Numbered from the stretch's first letter, positions 9,519 through 20,495 are shown. The stretch is DNA of 64,000 bases from Thiorhodovibrio winogradskyi (GCF_036208045.1 NZ_CP121472.1:877531-941530); one strand, 5' to 3'. The notes: generated by a model from the letters alone, not told the origin. Translations and numbers: made by a program.

Positions 9519-12430
9519 GGCGAGCCGTCCTTGGGGTTTGAGTTTTGTCCCCTGGCAATCTCGGGTTGGGGCTTGCCGATGTGATAACCCTGCGCTGTGT
9601 CGACGCCGAAGGATTCCAGCAAGAGCAAGGTCTCTTCGCTGTCGACAAACTCGGCGATGGTGCGCTTGCCAAAGCCGCGCGCGACATCGACCAGCGCTCG
9701 CACCACGGTCTGGTTGGACGCATCCGAGGGCAGATCGCGCACAAAGGCGCCGTCGATTTTGACAATGTCGACGGGTAGCTCGCGCAGATAGCTGAAGGAG
9801 GTAAAACCCACGCCAAAATCGTCGAGCGCGAACAGGCAGCCGAGTGCGCGAATGCGGTTCATCAGTTGGTTGGCGGCTTTGATATCGGACAGGGCGGCGG
9901 TTTCCGTGAGCTCGAACATCAGTCGGGAAGGATCGGCGCCGTACTCATGGATCTTGTCCGCGAGCAGATCCGGCAGGCCATCATCGTCGAATGCATGCGC
10001 TGACAGGTTGATCGACAGGCCGATATTGGTTCCCTGGCGCGCATAGCGGCCTTGTGCGGCAACGGCATGCTCCAGCACGAAGCGGTCGATGCGGAAAATC
10101 TGTCCGCTACGCTCGGCAATGGGGATGAAATGATTGGGCGGAATAATGCTGCCGTCCTCGTCCAGCATCCGGATCAGCACCTCGTAGTGGTGAATCTGGC
10201 GGCTGCGGATATCGAGCAACGGCTGGTAGTAGAGCCTGAAGCCATCCTCGCTCAGCGCCCGGTCGATGCGATCGCGCCAATACAGGCGTTGGTGAGCTTG
10301 CGGCTGACCGCTCTGATCCTGCGCATAGACCTGTGCCAGGCCCTTGCCGGTTTGTTTCGCGCGGATTTTCGCCGCGTCGGCATGGGCCATCAACTCGCTG
10401 ACCTCGGCACCATGCTCGGGAATCAGGGCGATGCCGATGCTGGCCGATACCTTGAACGCCTTGTTGTCAGCGGTCAGGTTCAGAGCTTTCAGGCGCTCGA
10501 TCAGTCGTTGCGCGTCGCTCCGGGGATCCCGGCCCAAGGTGTCTGCCAGCAGCAGGCCGAATTCATCGCCGCCAAGGCGGGCGCAGAGCGGCTGTCCCGG
10601 ATAATCCTGGCCAAGAAAATCCTGGATATGCTCGGCCACCAGGCGCAGCAGACGGTCGCCGGTCTGGGGGCCGCCGACTTCGTTGATATCGCGAAAGTGG
10701 TCGATGTCAAGCACCAGCAAAGCGGCCTTGTGGTCGGGATGATCGGGATTGCTGCCGAGCAGTGATAGGAAGCGGTCGGTTTGTTCCTCGAAGCGCCGGC
10801 GGTTCAGGAGTCCGGTCAGGGGATCATGCGCGGCCAGCCAATTCAGGCTCTCGGTCGCGCGGAGATTCTCGGTCACATCAAGACCAACTGACAGTAGGGC
10901 CGCGCCGCGGCCGCGGATGGCGGAATGCAGCCAGACGATATCTCGACGGCTGCCGCTCTTGGTGGTCAGGGTCGCTTCATGCCGGATGAGCTGACGCTGG
11001 CCAGATAAAACCGGCTGGAGGGTGGAGTGCAGGGCTTGGCTGGTGTAGCCGGCAAGAAACAAATTGCTGAATGGGCGCCCGCGCAGTTCCTGCGTGCTGT
11101 ATTCGGTCACCTTCAAGGCGTGGCGATTGGCCGTGATAATTCGGGTATCGGCGTCAAGGGTGAGAATAATGACCTCGGCCGTATCTAGAAGTCGGGTGCT
11201 GAAATCCCGCTCGACCTCAATCTCGTCCATGCGCCGCAGTAACTCCCGCTGTTGCAGGTCGATCTCTCCGGACATGCGCTCGAGATTGTCGGTGACTTGC
11301 AAGGCCGTGGCTTCGAGCACGTCGATTTCATCCTCGACCATGCCCGGCTTGGTCTTTACCAGGGCATCGCGCACCTGGGTGTAACGCTGCTGTGGTAGCA
11401 GCGGCAAGAGTTGGGCCATGCGCTTGAGACGATCAGTGGGTCGTAGCAGTATCAGTAACAGCGTGCCGACGCCAAGCACAAGCCCTAGCATGGCGACCAT
11501 CAGCAGGATGCGCACGGTATTGCGCATGGTGCCGGCATCGACCGTGATGTCGTCGATCACGACGAGGAAATGTTCGTTTTGATTGACGTTATCGCTCCGA
11601 GCGCTAGCAGAGGGTGCGGTCAGTGAAAAGAAATGCAGCTCAAGTAGCCGGCTGTCCCACTGAAAGCGCAAGGGTTCGCGCTCAAGGGTGGGGCGCGGGT
11701 GGCTCTGTGCGACCGACCTCAGCATGGCCAGGTTGGTGGGCGCATCGCCAATGGCATCGACACGCATCCGCCAGGGACGCAAGATGGCCGGTCCGCTGTC
11801 TGGTTCCAGTCCGTCGGGTTCGGCAATCAACAACCCGACATGTTTGCCGACACTTTCCTGCAAGCCAATGATGGACTCACCCAGGGAACGCCCGAGCGTC
11901 AGAACACCAAGGTGCTCGCCCGAGAGCAGGATGGGGATGCTAGCGAACTGAAAGCAGTGATCCGGACAGCGCAGTTCGATGCGGGGCCGTTCGCTGCGAT
12001 TGACCGCCGCGGCCCAGGAGTGGGCCTCGGATAGTACCGCCCCCAAGGGCTCGGCGCTCGAGCGGTTGAGCAGGAGATCATCCTGGTCGTCGAACAGAAG
12101 AGCGATCTCCACCGAATGGGCGAGCTGCAAACCCGGCCAGTGGGTGTCGAAGGCATGGTTGAGTGCGTCTTTGTCGGCCGTGGTCAAGGCCTGTTGAATG
12201 CCTGCCATGTGCGGCAGAAGTTCGGCGATTTCCTGCAGGCGGATGGCTGAATCGCCGAGCAGGGAGCGCACCTCGCGCTCGTAGCGTGCGGCGGCCTCAT
12301 TGCGGGTGGCGTCGAAGGCATGTTCAAGACGTTGAGCAAGAATCAGACTCGAGAGCAAAAAAATCAGGCATAGCAGCAAGCTGGGCAGCAGCACGGCTTT
12401 CCATTTCAGGCTGACCCAGGGCTTTGACAT
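9515..12430 (-). CDS. Sensor diguanylate cyclase/phosphodiesterase (periplasmic sensor, TM, PAS, GGDEF, EAL)
   Basis: 971 aa. N-terminal TM helix plus a ~300-aa periplasmic domain. GGDEF motif RLGGDEFGLLLAD. The EAL domain carries ELTETAAL and the downstream DDFG(V/T)G motif. Confidence 0.9.
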   Translation of the reverse strand: MSKPWVSLKWKAVLLPSLLLCLIFLLSSLILAQRLEHAFDATRNEAAARYEREVRSLLGDSAIRLQEIAELLPHMAGIQQALTTADKDALNHAFDTHWPGLQLAHSVEIALLFDDQDDLLLNRSSAEPLGAVLSEAHSWAAAVNRSERPRIELRCPDHCFQFASIPILLSGEHLGVLTLGRSLGESIIGLQESVGKHVGLLIAEPDGLEPDSGPAILRPWRMRVDAIGDAPTNLAMLRSVAQSHPRPTLEREPLRFQWDSRLLELHFFSLTAPSASARSDNVNQNEHFLVVIDDITVDAGTMRNTVRILLMVAMLGLVLGVGTLLLILLRPTDRLKRMAQLLPLLPQQRYTQVRDALVKTKPGMVEDEIDVLEATALQVTDNLERMSGEIDLQQRELLRRMDEIEVERDFSTRLLDTAEVIILTLDADTRIITANRHALKVTEYSTQELRGRPFSNLFLAGYTSQALHSTLQPVLSGQRQLIRHEATLTTKSGSRRDIVWLHSAIRGRGAALLSVGLDVTENLRATESLNWLAAHDPLTGLLNRRRFEEQTDRFLSLLGSNPDHPDHKAALLVLDIDHFRDINEVGGPQTGDRLLRLVAEHIQDFLGQDYPGQPLCARLGGDEFGLLLADTLGRDPRSDAQRLIERLKALNLTADNKAFKVSASIGIALIPEHGAEVSELMAHADAAKIRAKQTGKGLAQVYAQDQSGQPQAHQRLYWRDRIDRALSEDGFRLYYQPLLDIRSRQIHHYEVLIRMLDEDGSIIPPNHFIPIAERSGQIFRIDRFVLEHAVAAQGRYARQGTNIGLSINLSAHAFDDDGLPDLLADKIHEYGADPSRLMFELTETAALSDIKAANQLMNRIRALGCLFALDDFGVGFTSFSYLRELPVDIVKIDGAFVRDLPSDASNQTVVRALVDVARGFGKRTIAEFVDSEETLLLLESFGVDTAQGYHIGKPQPEIARGQNSNPKDGSP

Positions 12431-12444
12431 GCGGATGCCCTAGG

Positions 12445-13818
12445 TTAGAACCAGTAACCGACGGTGAAGAGGAATAAATCCCAGTTTTCCTCCATCGCTT
12501 CGATGGAGGGATTCTCGGTAAAGGGAACCCACATGGTGCCCTTGATGCGATGGTATTCCGTCTTCACCACCCAGTTCGGGGCTGGGTCCCAGCGCAGGCC
12601 GAGCGTCCAGTCAATGCCGTAGAGGTTGTGCCTGGCAACGCCGGGCAGGCCAAGGGATTGCAACAGCTTGGAATGTGCCGCCGCGTCCTTTCCCTGCTTG
12701 TCGGCATTGTCGACATAGCCTTCTTCGTAACGCAGCAACAGCTGCAACCGTTCGCTTAAACGGCGGATCAACTGGATGTAGTAGTTATCCCCGGCAGTGT
12801 TTCCATCTTCCAGCAGCGGACCGAAGCCCCGGGTCTTCTTGGTTTGTCGCAAAAATTCCGCCGTCAGGGACCAATCCGGGCGCTCGTATTGCAGCGACAG
12901 CAGTTGGTAGCCCAAGGTGATGGCGCCATCGCTCAGCAAGGGTGCATCGCTGCCACGGGCGTTGAAATCCATGCGAGCCTCGCCAAGCGTCAAGCCAAAC
13001 AGCCAGCCCGAGTCCATTTGGTACAGGATGCGCCCAAGCCGCGATGCCTCTCCGCGCAAGTGCCCGGCCCAATCACGCCCAAGCAACATGCTGCGCTCGA
13101 GTTCCTCGTCATCGGCCTGGGGCGTGCCATAGCCCATGTTCAGGGAGGCTGTTCCTGGACCCAAGCGCTGCTCGCCGTAGAGGAATGCCGCATCCGATGA
13201 CATCAAAATGGAACGTGCGCGGTCCAAATAAATGGATTGTGGCAGCAAAATGCCAGGGCGGGTGAAATCGACATCCCGGGTCTCGTTATAGATACCGATC
13301 GGGTTTTTGACTCGACCAAGGCGCAGCCCCCATTTGTCCTCGAAGCTTTGGCGGAAGGCATAGTCCAAGAAGCCGTAATCGAGGCGTAAATCGCCATTGT
13401 CGACATCGCCCGCGGTGCGTGACAGAATCTGTGCCGACAGCAGTAGATCCGGGGTTGGGCGGGTGGAGAGGTTCAGACCCAGCTCGCGCAGTTTGAAGGA
13501 CACATCAGGGCTGTTGCCAAACAACCGATTGGCGCTGGTGGCACTCAATCCTTGGGTGGCGAAGCCATGGATCTGCAGCGTGTCGATCCAATCCGGCTGC
13601 TGGTTCTTCGCGGTCGTTCCATTGATTGCGGTGTTTGCGGTGCTCTTGGTCTCTGCCGCCGTGTTGGGCGACTCTTCGGCCTTGGCCAGGTTGCCAGTCA
13701 CCCCAGTTAGAGCGCATGCAATAGCGAGCATGCGCAGGGTTTGGACAAGGATGGCAGCTCTGTTCCGAACACGGAGATTGAGGCTTAAGCGAAGATGGTC
13801 GAATTGTGGCTGGTTCAT
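12445..13818 (-). CDS. Putative outer-membrane beta-barrel protein (porin-like)
   Basis: The ORF is 457 aa. The probable signal peptide begins at internal Met MLAIACALTGVTGNLAKA. The sequence ends in ...FTVGYWF (C-terminal aromatic, typical of OM beta-barrels) and shows alternating-hydrophobicity strands. Confidence 0.6.
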   Translation of the reverse strand: MNQPQFDHLRLSLNLRVRNRAAILVQTLRMLAIACALTGVTGNLAKAEESPNTAAETKSTANTAINGTTAKNQQPDWIDTLQIHGFATQGLSATSANRLFGNSPDVSFKLRELGLNLSTRPTPDLLLSAQILSRTAGDVDNGDLRLDYGFLDYAFRQSFEDKWGLRLGRVKNPIGIYNETRDVDFTRPGILLPQSIYLDRARSILMSSDAAFLYGEQRLGPGTASLNMGYGTPQADDEELERSMLLGRDWAGHLRGEASRLGRILYQMDSGWLFGLTLGEARMDFNARGSDAPLLSDGAITLGYQLLSLQYERPDWSLTAEFLRQTKKTRGFGPLLEDGNTAGDNYYIQLIRRLSERLQLLLRYEEGYVDNADKQGKDAAAHSKLLQSLGLPGVARHNLYGIDWTLGLRWDPAPNWVVKTEYHRIKGTMWVPFTENPSIEAMEENWDLFLFTVGYWF

Positions 13819-14375
13819 GGCGCGATATCCACCGCGATCACTTGCTCGGCCTTTGACTGCAGCAACTGCTTGTCCAGATAACCAATGGCACCAGGGGTTT
13901 CGGCGACGGCGCGCAGCATAGCTTCTGCCGAGTCGACCTCAATTGGGGCCTGGCCGGTGCCGGAAAACACCAGGCGATTCCAAAGGCGGCGCAATTGATG
14001 CGGATAGACGTTCAGTACAGTCTTGCAGAAATCGCCATGAGCCGCGCTGCTATCGCCGAAAACGAACACCTTAACTGGTTTTCCGTTGGGCCAACGTGTC
14101 TTGCGCATGCCAAAAAGCGCACCAAGCGCGGTTTGAGGCAGATCTTGCTGTTGAACATCGGAATTGACGATCACCTGCACCGCCGCTGCCGCGGACGGTG
14201 TGACAAGAATTGGGATAGCTAGGATGATCGCGAAGAGTAGGTAAGATGCGGCTGCCGCTCGCTGCCGCCTGCGCGAGCCAAGTAGCGAGAGGTCACAGGG
14301 CTGGCTGCGTCCATCCCGTGATCGAATGGCGTCAGGCGTGCAATCCATTTTTGATTCGGGATCGGTGTTGCTCAC
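13815..14375 (-). CDS. Periplasmic PstS-like (PBP_like_2) truncated substrate-binding-domain protein
   Basis: 186 aa with an N-terminal hydrophobic anchor/signal and the PstS-family hallmark ...TPGAIGYLD. It is first in the operon, and its stop overlaps the OMP start. Confidence 0.6.
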   Translation of the reverse strand: MSNTDPESKMDCTPDAIRSRDGRSQPCDLSLLGSRRRQRAAAASYLLFAIILAIPILVTPSAAAAVQVIVNSDVQQQDLPQTALGALFGMRKTRWPNGKPVKVFVFGDSSAAHGDFCKTVLNVYPHQLRRLWNRLVFSGTGQAPIEVDSAEAMLRAVAETPGAIGYLDKQLLQSKAEQVIAVDIAP

Positions 14376-14799
14376 TGCTTGGAAGAAGGCGACTCAGCAG
14401 GGACTCTCGGCAAGAGCGAGGCAAAACTCTAGCATGAATCGCGGCAGTCTAGTGTTTTGGTGCGTCTTGGTCTTGCGGTGCTGACCACTATGGTACCTCT
14501 GAGCGCTCAGTGGTCAACTCAGAATGTTCGTGCTGTCGGCGATGCGGCTTGGGGCGCTTGTCTGTATCATAGAAGGTTGTGCGTTTCGCGCGCATGCCTT
14601 TCCCCAGGCCCTGAATTTGTTTCGAGTGCTAGTTTTCAGCGCCCGTTTTCAATAAGGGTAGCCGAAGATGTCTTGTTTCGACTGATATTCGCTGCCGTTT
14701 TGCCTGATAGGGCCCGGATTGGGGCCCGGATTGGGGTGCAGCCAGCTTCGTCCTCCACCAAATGAATTTGGCCTCAACCACTGTTGCCGGGGTTTGCTG

Positions 14800-16002
14800 A
14801 TGGAATGGTTGTTTATGCTATTACCTGTCGCCGCCGCATCTGGCTGGTGGATCGGGCAGCGTGGCGCGGGGGGGACGCAGGTAGTTGGGGGCAGTCCCAG
14901 TTCCGCCTATTTTCGTGGTTTGAATTATCTGCTCAACGAGCAACCAGACAAGGCAATCGACGTCTTTTTGGAACTGGCCGAGGTGGATCGCGAGACCGCC
15001 GAGACACATCTGGCCCTGGGTGCTCTCTTTCGCCGTCGGGGCGAGGTTGATCGCGCGATTCGTATTCACCAAGATCTGATTGCTCGGCCTAAGCTGACCG
15101 CCCAGCAGCGCGCCTTCGGGCTCTATGAACTGGGGCTTGACTACATGCGCGCCGGCCTGCTTGATCGTGCCGAGAGCTTGTTCAAAGAACTCGCGGAAAT
15201 GCGGATGCAGGTTCAGCCGGCGCTGCGCGCGCTCATCGATATCTACCAGCAAGAGAAAGACTGGCAGCGCTGCCTCGAGACCGCGCGCCAGCTCGAAGCG
15301 GCAGGAGAGATCCCATTGCGCGCCGAAATAGCGCAGTTTCACTGCGAATTGGCCGAGCAATATCTGCGCGAGCAGGATAAAGGCGCGGCTCGGCGGCACT
15401 TGCAGGATGCCCAGCGGGCCGCCCCGGATTGCATCCGTGCTAGCCTGTTGCAGGCCGAAATGGATATGGCCGATGGCGATGCCAAGTCGGCGCTCGCGCT
15501 CTACGCGCGCGTGACCGAGCGTGGTCCGCGCTTTGTTCCCGCGATGCTGCCCGGACTGCTCGAGTGTTACCGGCGGCTTGGCCATGAGCGTGTGGCAGGC
15601 GAGCTTGGTCAGTTGTTTCAGGCGCAGCCGAGTCCGCCGTTGATGTTGCAGCTGTCAGAGGCGCTTGAGCGCGAGCAGGGTATTGATGCCGCGATTCGTT
15701 TTTTGGTCGATTACTTGCGCGGGCACGCTGACCTGTCGGCGGCCGAGCGCCTGCTTGATTTACGGGTTCGTCAGCAGCGCGAACAGGGTGGAAGCGCCGA
15801 CCCGACCGCGGAAATCGTACTCGGTGTCGTGGAACATTTATTGTCCGCGCGGCCAGCCTATCAGTGCGAACATTGTGGGTTCGAGGCGCGGGCGCTGCAC
15901 TGGCAATGTCCGAGCTGCAAGCACTGGGGCAGCATCATGGCGGTCGAGCCAGACCGCTTGGTGACGGATTTGGCGCCCTTGCGGCAACGCCGCATCACCT
16001 AA
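14800..16002 (+). CDS. lapB: Lipopolysaccharide assembly protein B (TPR protein with C-terminal rubredoxin-like zinc motif)
   Basis: ORF 14719..16002. Start taken at [19 protein letters not shown] (N-terminal TM). TPR repeats are followed by a C-terminal CEHCGF...[11 protein letters not shown] metal-binding motif, as in LapB/YciM. Confidence 0.85.
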   Translation: MEWLFMLLPVAAASGWWIGQRGAGGTQVVGGSPSSAYFRGLNYLLNEQPDKAIDVFLELAEVDRETAETHLALGALFRRRGEVDRAIRIHQDLIARPKLTAQQRAFGLYELGLDYMRAGLLDRAESLFKELAEMRMQVQPALRALIDIYQQEKDWQRCLETARQLEAAGEIPLRAEIAQFHCELAEQYLREQDKGAARRHLQDAQRAAPDCIRASLLQAEMDMADGDAKSALALYARVTERGPRFVPAMLPGLLECYRRLGHERVAGELGQLFQAQPSPPLMLQLSEALEREQGIDAAIRFLVDYLRGHADLSAAERLLDLRVRQQREQGGSADPTAEIVLGVVEHLLSARPAYQCEHCGFEARALHWQCPSCKHWGSIMAVEPDRLVTDLAPLRQRRIT

Positions 16003-16097
16003 ACTCATTGTCGCGGCTGGGCGTTGGACAGCGCTCCAGAACAGCATCAAAGACCAGCATCACAAAGTCTCGTATCAGAGATATTTCAGGAGTCATC

Positions 16098-16973
16098 ATG
16101 GCAACCATTGGCAAGACGGTTTTTCCGGTGGCAGGGCTTGGAACCCGCTTTCTTCCGGCAACGAAGGCGAGCCCCAAGGAAATGCTTCCGGTCGTTGACA
16201 AGCCGCTGATTCAATACGCCGCCGAGGAGGCGGAAGCCGCCGGAGCCGGACGCTTGGTGTTTGTAACCGGGCGCAGCAAGCGCTCGATTGAAGACCACTT
16301 TGACAAAGCCTACGAGCTCGAGTCCGAACTCAAGCGCGCGGGCAAGACCAAATTGCTTGAAATTGTGCAGAGCGTGTTGCCTGATCATGTCAGCTGTATC
16401 TACCTGCGCCAGGCCGAAGCCCTTGGTTTGGGACATGCCGTGCTCTGCGCCCAGCCCGTGGTCGGCAATGAGGCATTCGCCGTGGTGCTGGCCGATGACT
16501 TGATCCGCAACCCTGGCGGTCCGGGCGTGGTGGAGCAAATGGCCGAGGTCCATGCGCGCACGGGAGCAAGTGTTCTGAGCGTGGAAGAGGTGCCGCCAAG
16601 CGAGACCAACAAATACGGCATCGTCGAGACCGAACGCCAGGCCGACGGGACGCTCAGGGTAACCTCCATTGTCGAAAAACCCGATCCCTCCCAAGCCCCG
16701 TCCAATCTTGCGGTCGTTGGTCGTTACCTGCTCTCGCCAACCATTTTCACTGAGCTTGAAGCGACAGAGCCCGGCGCTGGTGGCGAGATACAGCTGACCG
16801 ATGGCATCGCCCGCCTGCTCGAGAAAGAGCTCGTGATCGCGCATCCTTTTGTCGGCAAGCGCTATGACTGCGGGAGCAAGCAGGGTTATCTGGAGGCAAC
16901 CGTGGAGCTGGCGCTCGAGCACCCCGAACTGGGCGAGGATTTCTCCAAGTATTTGCGCCGCCTGATGGCCTGA
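16098..16973 (+). CDS. galU: UTP--glucose-1-phosphate uridylyltransferase
   Basis: Start at [40 protein letters not shown], the canonical GalU N-terminus. The annotated ORF carries a spurious upstream extension. Confidence 0.9.
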   Translation: MATIGKTVFPVAGLGTRFLPATKASPKEMLPVVDKPLIQYAAEEAEAAGAGRLVFVTGRSKRSIEDHFDKAYELESELKRAGKTKLLEIVQSVLPDHVSCIYLRQAEALGLGHAVLCAQPVVGNEAFAVVLADDLIRNPGGPGVVEQMAEVHARTGASVLSVEEVPPSETNKYGIVETERQADGTLRVTSIVEKPDPSQAPSNLAVVGRYLLSPTIFTELEATEPGAGGEIQLTDGIARLLEKELVIAHPFVGKRYDCGSKQGYLEATVELALEHPELGEDFSKYLRRLMA

Positions 16974-17007
16974 TTGGCAGATCGCAGGGGGCCAGCCGAT
17001 GCTCGCG

Positions 17008-17622
17008 TTAGCCGATCAAGGCTTTCTCCAGGGCCGGTAAATCCATGGCTTTCAGGTAGGCTTCCAGCATGTCCTTGGTGGCCCCGCCGCTGCCTTCAAT
17101 CTGCAGCAAAATGCGGGTGCCAAGCATCAGGGAGAGCTGGATGTCACCGGCGCCATCGCTCTGGAGCATGCCGCGGTAGGCGCCAAAGCTATAGGGCTTG
17201 GTGCCCGGCTCGGCCTGCATCAGCATGGGGGAGGCCATCAGCATGTTCATCATCGTCAGCAAGGGTGAGTCGGCCGTGACCGTGATGCTGATTTGCGCGC
17301 CGCTCCTGTCCTGACGATAGTGACGCGAGATGTTGGTGCCGGTCAGCAGCCCAATGAGTCCGCCGGAGGTGCTGTCTGCTACCTCGGCGCTCCAGCCCGC
17401 CAGGGGCTCCGGTAACAAAGTGGCGCGTTGCTCGGCGAGCTGCTCCTCAATCTGTGCGGCGGCAAACTGCAATGCCTGAATGGCAACCTTGGGCTCGCCG
17501 CTTTGGTAGGCACGCAGTGCGGCGTCAATTTGATCGGTCACAGGGTCGGCGGCACCCGGTTGGGCGCTGAAGAGCAACAACAGCAGGCTGGCGATTATCC
17601 GCAGAGGCTTGGTCTTGTGCAT
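17008..17622 (-). CDS. Hypothetical secreted protein
   Basis: 204 aa with a clear signal peptide MHKTKPLRIIASLLLLLFSAQPGAA. No family recognised. Confidence 0.5.
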   Translation of the reverse strand: MHKTKPLRIIASLLLLLFSAQPGAADPVTDQIDAALRAYQSGEPKVAIQALQFAAAQIEEQLAEQRATLLPEPLAGWSAEVADSTSGGLIGLLTGTNISRHYRQDRSGAQISITVTADSPLLTMMNMLMASPMLMQAEPGTKPYSFGAYRGMLQSDGAGDIQLSLMLGTRILLQIEGSGGATKDMLEAYLKAMDLPALEKALIG

Positions 17623-17700
17623 GGTAGTGTCCTTGGGGGTTAGTCGGTGTTGGCGGTTGGGTCAGGTCTGTGTTTCCTGATGGCTCTTGTCACGGCCGCC

Positions 17701-18284
17701 CTACCTGTCTTGGTTGCCAGGCGACGAGCGGATGCAGCACTGGGTCTCGGTGAGCAGTTGTGCGACCTGATCAGGGCTCGCGCCGCGCTGAGGCCGGTTT
17801 GAAACAGGATCGAGCGGTGGATTGTGTCTGGCCTTTGGCGGCAGCACGTCGATTTGCACCGGGACGGCGCCCGCCAGGAATCGCACGATGGGGTGATCCT
17901 GACGCTGGTTACCCGCGTAACGGAAAGATGCCTGATCGGCGCTCCAGGGAATGCGATGGTCAATCAGCGTCCAGATGATCTCCTCAGTGTTGTCCGTGAA
18001 GACCTGTAATTCAATTCCCTGCGCGCGGGTTGCGGTGCCGGCCAGCACGGGCCCCACCAGACGCGGAGTGAAGGAAACAAACAGCTGCATTGCAGCAAGG
18101 CTTTGTTGCAGCAAACTGTGTTGTTCGTCTTGGTAAGTGCTTCCGCCAAAGAGCCGTTGCTGCTCGAGCAGGCGTTCTTGAATCTCTCCGTTGTCAGGCC
18201 ACAGACGTCTGTTCGTGACCCCCATGCGCTCGGCTGCCTTACGTCTGGCGTGCTCGAACTCTGTGATTTGTTCGTCCATCATGA
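17701..18284 (-). CDS. Hypothetical protein (real start probably at MMDEQITEF; the annotated 305-aa ORF has an Arg/Pro-rich spurious extension)
   Basis: Coding-like composition in the C-terminal ~190 aa. Divergent from pilM, in the position usually held by ponA in gammaproteobacteria. Confidence 0.4.
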
Positions 18285-18750
18285 TCCGCGCCGCTGCGTA
18301 GGCGAGTTGCTGGCGGTGTGCCGCCGACTCTGGAGCCGAACGGCGCCCGCGCTGACCCGCCGTTGATGGATGTTTCCGGGACTGTCCGCAGCGGGAATAT
18401 TTTTGAGCCATGCTTGAGATCGCGTGATTGGTATCGCGAGGGCGGGTGGCAAGGAAGTGGCAAGGAAGAGATTTGCCCCGCCAATCTGTCTGTTCGCTTT
18501 GCATCCTGCATCGGATGGGCACCAAGGCGCAAGCCGGGCAGGCGGGTTGCATTCGCGCCCTGTCTGTTGGCGCGGGTCGCCGCGGAAGGCGCGAAGAGGC
18601 GCAAAAAGGTTGGCGCAAGGCTTGGAGACTTGGTCTATACTCGAGGGCGAAAAATAAAAAATCCTGTCACAGTGCTTGTTTAAGACGGATTTGTAATCTA
18701 AACTCGAAGCAACAATCAAAAGTTTTCCCTTCTCAGCGCCGCTGCATGCC

Positions 18751-19857
18751 ATGTTCAATCTAGGCCGCAATAAAAAAGCCCTTCTCGGCATCGACATCAG
18801 TTCCACCTCAATCAAGCTGGTGGAACTGGCGCGCACCGGTAGTTATTCCTCGGGCATGTACCGGGTGGAAGCCTTTGCGATGGAGCCCTTGCCAGCGGGA
18901 GCCATGACGGAGAAAAAAATCACCGATGTCGAGGTGGTTGGCGGCGTGATTCAAAAAGCCCTGGCGCGCTCGCGCTCCAAGGCGCGGCAGGCCGCGGTGG
19001 CCGTGCCAGCCTCGGCGGCCATCACCAAGACCATTGCCATGTCCTCCGCGCTGTCGGACAGCGAGATGGAGGCGCAAATTCAGCTTGAGGCCGATCAATA
19101 CATCCCCTATCCGCTCGAGGAGGTCAATCTCGATTTTGACATCCTGGGTCCCTCGTCGGTTTCCTCCGAGATGGTAGACGTGCTGCTGGCCGCCTCCCGG
19201 CGTGAAAATGTCGATGATCGAGTCGCCGCGCTCGAATTGGCTGGGCTCACGGCCGAGGTGGTGGACATCGAGACCTATGCGATGGAAAACGCCTGTGCGC
19301 TGCAGTTGGCCAATATCGACGAGGCGCTGGAGGCCAAAATCATCGCCGTGGCCGATGTTGGGGCCACAACCACAACCCTGCATGTGCTCCATGGCGGCAG
19401 TATCGTCTATACCCGCGAGCAAAACTTCGGTGGCAATCAGTTGCTCTCTGATCTGCAACGGCGCTATGACCTGTCGGTTGAAGATGCGCTGAAAGGGCTC
19501 AATCAACCGGCGGCGGCGCAGCCAAATCCGCTGGACAAGGGCGGGCTACCCGAGAATGCCGAAACCGAAGTCATAGGTCCGTTCAAGGAGGCGCTGGCCC
19601 AACAGGTGAGCAGAGCCTTGCAGTTTTTCTACTCGGCAAGCAGTTTCGGCCGCACCGATCAGCTCATTCTGGCTGGCGGCGCCGCGCGCTTGCTCAATAT
19701 CGCCGATCTGGTCGAGCAACGACTCGGTTTCCCGGTACAGGTGGCAAACCCCTTCGAGGATATGGTGCTTGCCCGTGGCGTGGATCGCGATGGCCTGGAG
19801 CGGGTCGCGCCCGGCATGATGATTGCTGTAGGGCTGGCGTTGCGGGGGTGTAACTAA
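18751..19857 (+). CDS. pilM: Type IV pilus assembly protein PilM
   Basis: 368 aa. MFNLGRNKKALLGIDISSTSIKLVEL... is the actin-like ATPase-fold PilM N-terminus. Confidence 0.9.
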   Translation: MFNLGRNKKALLGIDISSTSIKLVELARTGSYSSGMYRVEAFAMEPLPAGAMTEKKITDVEVVGGVIQKALARSRSKARQAAVAVPASAAITKTIAMSSALSDSEMEAQIQLEADQYIPYPLEEVNLDFDILGPSSVSSEMVDVLLAASRRENVDDRVAALELAGLTAEVVDIETYAMENACALQLANIDEALEAKIIAVADVGATTTTLHVLHGGSIVYTREQNFGGNQLLSDLQRRYDLSVEDALKGLNQPAAAQPNPLDKGGLPENAETEVIGPFKEALAQQVSRALQFFYSASSFGRTDQLILAGGAARLLNIADLVEQRLGFPVQVANPFEDMVLARGVDRDGLERVAPGMMIAVGLALRGCN

Positions 19858-20423
19858 TGGCCAGAATCAATCTCCTACCCTGGCGCGAAGCGCGCCGTCA
19901 GCGTCGCCAGCGCGATTTTATCTCCGCGGTTATCGCGGCGGTGATGGTGACGCTCCTCGCTGGTGTCGCGGTGCAGATGCAGTTCTCGCACATGATCGAC
20001 AACCAGAAGCAACGCAACGATTTCCTCGCCGCCGAGATTCGCAAGCTCGATGAGATTATCAAGGAGATCGAGCGGCTGGACGCGCGCAAGCAGGATTTGC
20101 TCGCGCGGATCAACATCATTCAAACGCTCCAGGAAAGCCGGCCGGAAATCGTCCGCCTGTTCGATGCGGTGGTGGTTGCCATGCCCGAGGGCGTTTTTCT
20201 GGTCGACCTCAAACAAAGCGGCGGCACAGTGACAGTCGAGGGACGTGCCCAGTCGAACGCCCGGGTCTCGGCGCTGATGCGCAATATCGAGGATTCCGAA
20301 TGGATTGGCTCGCCGCAACTGCTGCTGATCGAAAACAAGGACCAGACAGGCACCGGCCTGTCGCATTTTCGCCTGAGCTTTAAGCAGCAGCGTAAAAAAA
20401 CCGATCAGGCAGAGGCGGGCTAG
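19857..20423 (+). CDS. pilN: Type IV pilus assembly protein PilN
   Basis: 188 aa beginning MARINLLPWREARRQRRQR, followed by a TM helix. Start is coupled to the pilM stop. Confidence 0.85.
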   Translation: MARINLLPWREARRQRRQRDFISAVIAAVMVTLLAGVAVQMQFSHMIDNQKQRNDFLAAEIRKLDEIIKEIERLDARKQDLLARINIIQTLQESRPEIVRLFDAVVVAMPEGVFLVDLKQSGGTVTVEGRAQSNARVSALMRNIEDSEWIGSPQLLLIENKDQTGTGLSHFRLSFKQQRKKTDQAEAG

Positions 20424-20495
20424 GCTTGGGTATTCGGGACATTTAGTTCAAGCTGGCCTCTTTTACTGCTAGATGATTTCGCATCGAGTGACAGC

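Noticed and set aside
14711-14734. Tandem 12-nt repeat ggcccggattgg x2
   Set aside because: Only two copies, inside a non-coding leader; too short to call a repeat family or CRISPR.
14457-14765. 102-aa ORF upstream of lapB (possible lapA)
   Set aside because: LapA is a small two-TM protein; this ORF has no TM character. The only Met-initiated candidate in the right place is 16 aa.
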